From Candidatus Latescibacterota bacterium (GTDB lineage: Bacteria; Latescibacterota; UBA2968; GCA-2709665): a stretch of 64,000 bases of DNA. The notes beneath the pieces are model-generated. The model saw only the letters and a list, made by a program, of their open reading frames with translations, did not search any database and had not been told where the DNA came from. The stretch is taken from assembly GCA_965208835.1 (NCBI GenBank), contig OZ242358.1, positions 2,720,001 through 2,784,000 of the forward strand, given 5' to 3'. Shown here in pieces: positions 59,797 through 64,000 of the stretch. Each line of letters begins with the position of its first letter. Positions within the stretch are counted from its first letter, which is position 1. Both the position numbers and the translations under genes were made by a program.

Positions 59797-62030
59797 TAAC
59801 CACCCCATCCCAGAGCCATCGTGCCCTGATACGTCACCAGCGCCGCAACGTAGGCCAATAGCGTCATGTAGACAAAAGTGAGAATCGTCCATCTCCATGA
59901 CTGCGTTTCCCGGCGAATTACTGCCAGCGTCGACGCACACTGCGCGCACAGCGCGAAAAAGACCATCACCGAAAGCGCCACCGGGACATTGAACACGGGG
60001 CGTCCATCGCCCCATGTGGCGCTGCGAAGCGCGCTGCGCAGGTCTTCAGATGACTCGTCGGCATCGCCGCCGAGGCTGTAAATGGTACCGAGCGTGGCGA
60101 CGATAACCTCCCGTGCGGGAAAGGACGCGAGCGTGGCCATCCCGATGCGCCAATCCCAGCCCAGCGGCCTGACCGCAGGTTCTATCCAGTGTCCCGCCCG
60201 CCCCAGAAAACTCTCATTCAGGAGTTCCGCCGCCATCCGAGCGTCCAGGTCCGCAACGGCCACCTGCAAATCCTCGTCCGAAAGCGACGCCCGAGCCGCC
60301 TGCCGATGGCGCTCATATTTCGCAATGGTATCTTCCGATCTTGGGAAGTAGGCCAACGCCCACATGACAATGGTTGCGGCCAGGATGATACTTCCCGCGC
60401 GCACCAGAAACGCCCTGGAACTCTGATAAACCCTGAGGCCGACCGTCCGTTTGTCCGGGACCTTATATGACGGGAACTCCAGAATGAAAGGCGATGTCTC
60501 GCCCTTCAAAAGGGTCTTTCTCAGTACCCAGGCTACGGGAACCGCCACGGCCACACCCACGCAGTACATCGCAAAAAGGGTCAGCCCCTGCAGACCGACC
60601 CACTCTCCCAGAATCGATTTCGCCGGGATAAAGGCGCCTATCAGGATCGTGTAAACCGGTAATCGGGCCGAACAACTCATCAGCGGGGCCACCAGGATGG
60701 TTACCAGCCGGTTCCGCCGGCCTTCAATGGTACGGGTTGCCATGATTCCCGGTACGGCGCACGCGAAGCTGGACAACATCGGGATAAAGGACTGGCCGGA
60801 AAGACCGCATTTCGTGAGAACCCTGTCCATAAGAAGTGCCGCTCGCGCCATATACCCGCAGTCTTCGAGAATAGCGATGAAGAAAAAGAGAATTGCAATC
60901 TGCGGCAGGAAAATGACGACACCGCCTACGCCGGCAATAACGCCGTCCTGAACCAGGCTCTTCAGCGCCCCGTCGGGAAACCAGCCGCCTACCCAGCCGG
61001 ACAGCACGGCGAACAGATCGTCAACCCAATCCATCAACGGACCGGCCCAGGCATAGATAGCCTGGAAGACCACGCCCATAATAGCAACGAACAGGAGCGT
61101 GCCCCAGACCCTGTGCGTAAGCACCGCGTCGATGCGGTCCGAAGGTGTTTTCTGCAGGTTTTCCGGCTGCGATACGCATTGCGCAAGCACGCGCCTGATC
61201 CAGTTGTAGCGAACCTCGGATTCAAGCGCGGAGAGTCCCGATGCCGCGGGAAACCTCCCCCGTGCTTCCTCGAGTTTCCCCCGGAAGTCGTCACCACGCG
61301 TCTCAATCAGCCGGCGCTCCGCGTAACCACCTTCGTCGACAATCGCCCTCAACGCCTCAGAGCGACACACGGAGGCGTTTCTCGCATTCTGAGACTGCAA
61401 CGCCTCCGCGACGACATCGACCGCATCGGGAAACCCGTCGGGAAATTCCGGCAGCAGCGATGAACCCCTATACCGCCCGCCATGCGTCAGCCGTCTCAAT
61501 TCCCGGCGAAGGTCTGCCAGTCCCTGTCGTCGATTCGCACAAACCCTGACCACAGGAACCTCAAGATTCCGGGAGAGCGCTTCAATATCGATGCGTATGC
61601 CGCGTGCATCCGCGACGTCCGACATGTTCAGCGCAACCACCGCTGGCAGGCCGAGTTCGAGTACCTGTGAAACCAGGTAGAGGTTCCTGTATAAATTCGA
61701 TGCGTCGACAATTGCCAGTACCGCGTCTATTCTGCGTTCGCCGGGCAGCCGTCCAAGCAGTACGTCGGCGACGATCATCTCATCCGGGGCATGGGCGGCG
61801 AGGCTGTAGGTTCCCGGCAGGTCGACAAGCTCCGCGATCGTGTCTTCGGACAACCTCAGCCGCCCCACTTTTCGCTCAACGGTCACGCCGGGGTAATTTC
61901 CGACGTGCTGAAAAAGACCGGTAAGACCGTTAAAAAGCGTGGTCTTACCGGTATTGGGATTACCCACAAGAGCGATTGTAAAGCGCTGCTCTACTCCGGT
62001 GCGCGGTCCATCGGACAACTCCGTGGCCAT
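59796..62030 (-). CDS. feoB: Ferrous iron transporter FeoB (full length)
   Basis: [44 protein letters not shown]. Confidence 0.95.
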   Translation of the reverse strand: MATELSDGPRTGVEQRFTIALVGNPNTGKTTLFNGLTGLFQHVGNYPGVTVERKVGRLRLSEDTIAELVDLPGTYSLAAHAPDEMIVADVLLGRLPGERRIDAVLAIVDASNLYRNLYLVSQVLELGLPAVVALNMSDVADARGIRIDIEALSRNLEVPVVRVCANRRQGLADLRRELRRLTHGGRYRGSSLLPEFPDGFPDAVDVVAEALQSQNARNASVCRSEALRAIVDEGGYAERRLIETRGDDFRGKLEEARGRFPAASGLSALESEVRYNWIRRVLAQCVSQPENLQKTPSDRIDAVLTHRVWGTLLFVAIMGVVFQAIYAWAGPLMDWVDDLFAVLSGWVGGWFPDGALKSLVQDGVIAGVGGVVIFLPQIAILFFFIAILEDCGYMARAALLMDRVLTKCGLSGQSFIPMLSSFACAVPGIMATRTIEGRRNRLVTILVAPLMSCSARLPVYTILIGAFIPAKSILGEWVGLQGLTLFAMYCVGVAVAVPVAWVLRKTLLKGETSPFILEFPSYKVPDKRTVGLRVYQSSRAFLVRAGSIILAATIVMWALAYFPRSEDTIAKYERHRQAARASLSDEDLQVAVADLDARMAAELLNESFLGRAGHWIEPAVRPLGWDWRIGMATLASFPAREVIVATLGTIYSLGGDADESSEDLRSALRSATWGDGRPVFNVPVALSVMVFFALCAQCASTLAVIRRETQSWRWTILTFVYMTLLAYVAALVTYQGTMALGWGG

Positions 62031-62040
62031 GCGTTGAACC

Positions 62041-62268
62041 TCAGGTGATCGGACTCAGTCTAACGGCAACGGCGTCGTGCATCCGCAAACAGAACCGGGC
62101 GTCTTCCACCTGCACGACCAACCGTCCGCCGGCACGCAGCAATCGAACCCTGACACCCGGTCCAACTCCCAATTCCCGCAGCCGGGAGGCCAGGGGGGTA
62201 TTCCCTTCCACCGATTCCACCGTGCCTTCGTCACCGACATCGAGTCCGGCCAGCGATCCCCGGAACAT
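62041..62268 (-). CDS. feoA: FeoA-family protein
   Basis: RLRELGVGPGVRVRLLR; directly upstream of feoB. Confidence 0.85.
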   Translation of the reverse strand: MFRGSLAGLDVGDEGTVESVEGNTPLASRLRELGVGPGVRVRLLRAGGRLVVQVEDARFCLRMHDAVAVRLSPIT

Positions 62269-62370
62269 GCTCCGGGACCGGTTCTTCCGTTCATTCGAAG
62301 GCCAGACCCCACGAGCGGCCAGTTGCATGAGGCGCGCCACCATTTTGTCATCCTTTTTTTCGTCGCGAGA

Positions 62371-62901
62371 TTAACCAGCGTCACCGATTCTGAGGAGGCA
62401 CTCGTCTTCGCAGATCGGACAATCGGCCTCGTCGTGACAGAAGTCGCCGGTCTGCCAGAACGCGTTCAGAAACTCCCGCGCCTCCGGCGTATCGGCCAGC
62501 AGGAATCTCACGAAATTCAGCAACTTCTCGCTGGTTTCCTCGCTCAACAGGTGTTCCACCTTGCACGCGTCCACTTCCGACTGGTGGCCTTCCACGTGCA
62601 GCACATCCTTAAGGAATTTGCGAACGATGGCGCGCTTGGCGAGTACCAGATCCACCAATCGCTCACCTCGCTCGGAAAGCCGCAGGAACTTGTTCTGATC
62701 TTCCAGAACGAACTGCTTCTGTCGAAGTGCCTTTAAAGTCAGCGACGCGCTGCCTCGCGTAATATCCAGATATCTTGCGACATCCGACACGCGGGCGTAT
62801 CCGTACTGATCCTTGAGCTCTCTAATGGCGAGAAGGTGATGTGCGACGCTGTGCGTGATTTCATTCTCCTCGAATGCTTTCCACACATCGGAAGATGCCA
62901 C
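62371..62901 (-). CDS. DtxR/MntR-family regulator with Cys-rich C-terminus
   Basis: ARVSDVARYL HTH, DACKVEHLLS, CHDEADCPICEDEC. Confidence 0.88.
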   Translation of the reverse strand: MASSDVWKAFEENEITHSVAHHLLAIRELKDQYGYARVSDVARYLDITRGSASLTLKALRQKQFVLEDQNKFLRLSERGERLVDLVLAKRAIVRKFLKDVLHVEGHQSEVDACKVEHLLSEETSEKLLNFVRFLLADTPEAREFLNAFWQTGDFCHDEADCPICEDECLLRIGDAG

Positions 62902-62940
62902 GGGTCCCCCTTTCCGCCGTCGGGCTTCTGAACCAGTCAA

Positions 62941-62960
62941 ATGTTTTACCAATAAAACAT
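62941..62960. promoter_or_regulatory. Operator palindrome upstream of Feo locus 2
   Basis: Perfect ATGTTTTA-CCAA-TAAAACAT downstream of minus-strand TTGACA (62993-62998) and TAAATT. Confidence 0.7.
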
Positions 62961-63122
62961 ACGTTATAAATTTAGTCAACAGACGGTTACCGTGTCAAGC
63001 GAAATCTATCGGCAATCCGGTATCGGCGGCGTCGCGCTTGACATTTGACGCCCAATTTCGTATACCTCCCGGAACCGCACGGTCAACATAGGAATTCGTG
63101 ACACGCTTCAAGGAGTCTGTCA

Positions 63123-64000
63123 ATGTCGGAAATATGCGACTTTGAGGATGTGGCCAGACTGCCGAGACCGGGTGACAACGTCGCAATAGTGACGCGGAAT
63201 CTGGAGGCGGGCGCCCGTATCCGCGCTGGTGGGCCGGTCCTTCGTCTGGATACCACCATGCTCGAGGGTCACCGGTTTGCCGTGGCGCCCATTCCCGCTG
63301 GCGAGTCCCTTCTTTCCTGGAATCTTCCGTTCGGTGTCGCACTAACGGACATCCTACCGGGCGACTATGTCTGCAACGCCGGCATGCTGGAAGCGCTCGG
63401 CCTCCGCAACCTGGATTTTCGTCTGCCGGCCAAACCCAATTTCAAAGACCACATCGAATCCTACCGCCTGAATGAGGATTCGTTCCAACCTGGCGATCAG
63501 GTCCCTCCGGTCGAGGGAATGCGTACGTTCGAGGGATTCGTCCGAAGCGCCGCAAGGGGGGTTGGCACCCGAAACTATGTTCTGATCCTGGGTACGACCT
63601 CACGGACCGGGAGTTTCGCAAAACGGTTGGCGCAGCGAATGGGCGGGATCGTCAATGCTTATCCCAACATCGACGGGATCGTCGCGGTTGCGCACACCGA
63701 AGGAGGCGGGCGGACCACTCCGAACAACCAGGACCTTCTGCTGAGAACGCTTTCGGGCTTCATATTGCACCCGAACGTGGGTGCCGTCCTTGCGGTCGAC
63801 TACGGTACGGAGCCGCTCACCAATGCCATGCTTCGGGTTTATATGGAAAGGAACAACACCGACCCGTCCGACGTCCCCCACCGCTTTTTTTCCCTGAAGG
63901 GCGGCTTTGAAGAAAATCTCGATAATGCCCAGGCCGTTGTAACTGGATGGTTGAAGGATGTAAACCGGACAGCTCGAAAACCGACTTCCGTGTCGGGCCT
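63123..64000 (+). CDS. UxaA-family (altronate/galactarate dehydratase-like) protein with SAF domain (5' part; runs off the right edge)
   Basis: AAGGAG RBS; MSEICDFEDVARLPRPGDNVAI...GHRFA...GVGTRNY...HTEGG...HPNVGAVL. Confidence 0.88.
   Translation, partial: MSEICDFEDVARLPRPGDNVAIVTRNLEAGARIRAGGPVLRLDTTMLEGHRFAVAPIPAGESLLSWNLPFGVALTDILPGDYVCNAGMLEALGLRNLDFRLPAKPNFKDHIESYRLNEDSFQPGDQVPPVEGMRTFEGFVRSAARGVGTRNYVLILGTTSRTGSFAKRLAQRMGGIVNAYPNIDGIVAVAHTEGGGRTTPNNQDLLLRTLSGFILHPNVGAVLAVDYGTEPLTNAMLRVYMERNNTDPSDVPHRFFSLKGGFEENLDNAQAVVTGWLKDVNRTARKPTSVSG

Noticed and set aside
1-64000. CRISPR array, rRNA, prophage or transposase genes
   Set aside because: No regularly spaced repeats or corresponding sequence or protein motifs were seen

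Overview
GC-rich bacterial chromosome segment with most genes on the minus strand. Gene content (HPrK, short RpoD-like sigma factor, bS22, dockerin-tailed metalloprotease, many enolase/Gfo/sulfatase paralogues) suggests an FCB-associated lineage such as Latescibacterota or Gemmatimonadota; this is inference only. From left to right it holds: a coxMSL-like molybdo-flavoenzyme operon (cut by the left edge), an RsmC-like methyltransferase, two type II TA modules, an ABC-2 exporter, rhodanese, lexA, three tRNAs (Pro-CGG, Pro-GGG, Arg-CCG), and an mlaEFD operon extended by two paralogous FG-GAP/VCBS proteins (one with a tetraheme cytochrome c tail) and an AI-2E permease. Next come a sigma factor, an unannotated bS22, HU, a heterodimeric ABC exporter, a long sulfatase/aminotransferase/GT4/enolase/isomerase run, PPK2, aspartate kinase, hprK, paired CPA-like transporters, an OM barrel with a lipoprotein, and map. 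The right end has two Feo loci with three DtxR-family regulators and two different operator palindromes, then a UxaA-family gene cut by the right edge. Main surprises: the tetraheme FG-GAP protein inside the Mla operon, two families of miniature inverted-repeat elements with target-site duplications, an in-frame amber codon inside a conserved enolase-superfamily gene, a candidate non-canonical LexA box, and a membrane-anchored DtxR-FeoA-FeoA with a split FeoB. No CRISPR array, rRNA, transposase or integrase was seen. All family calls come from motif recognition by eye, not database searches.
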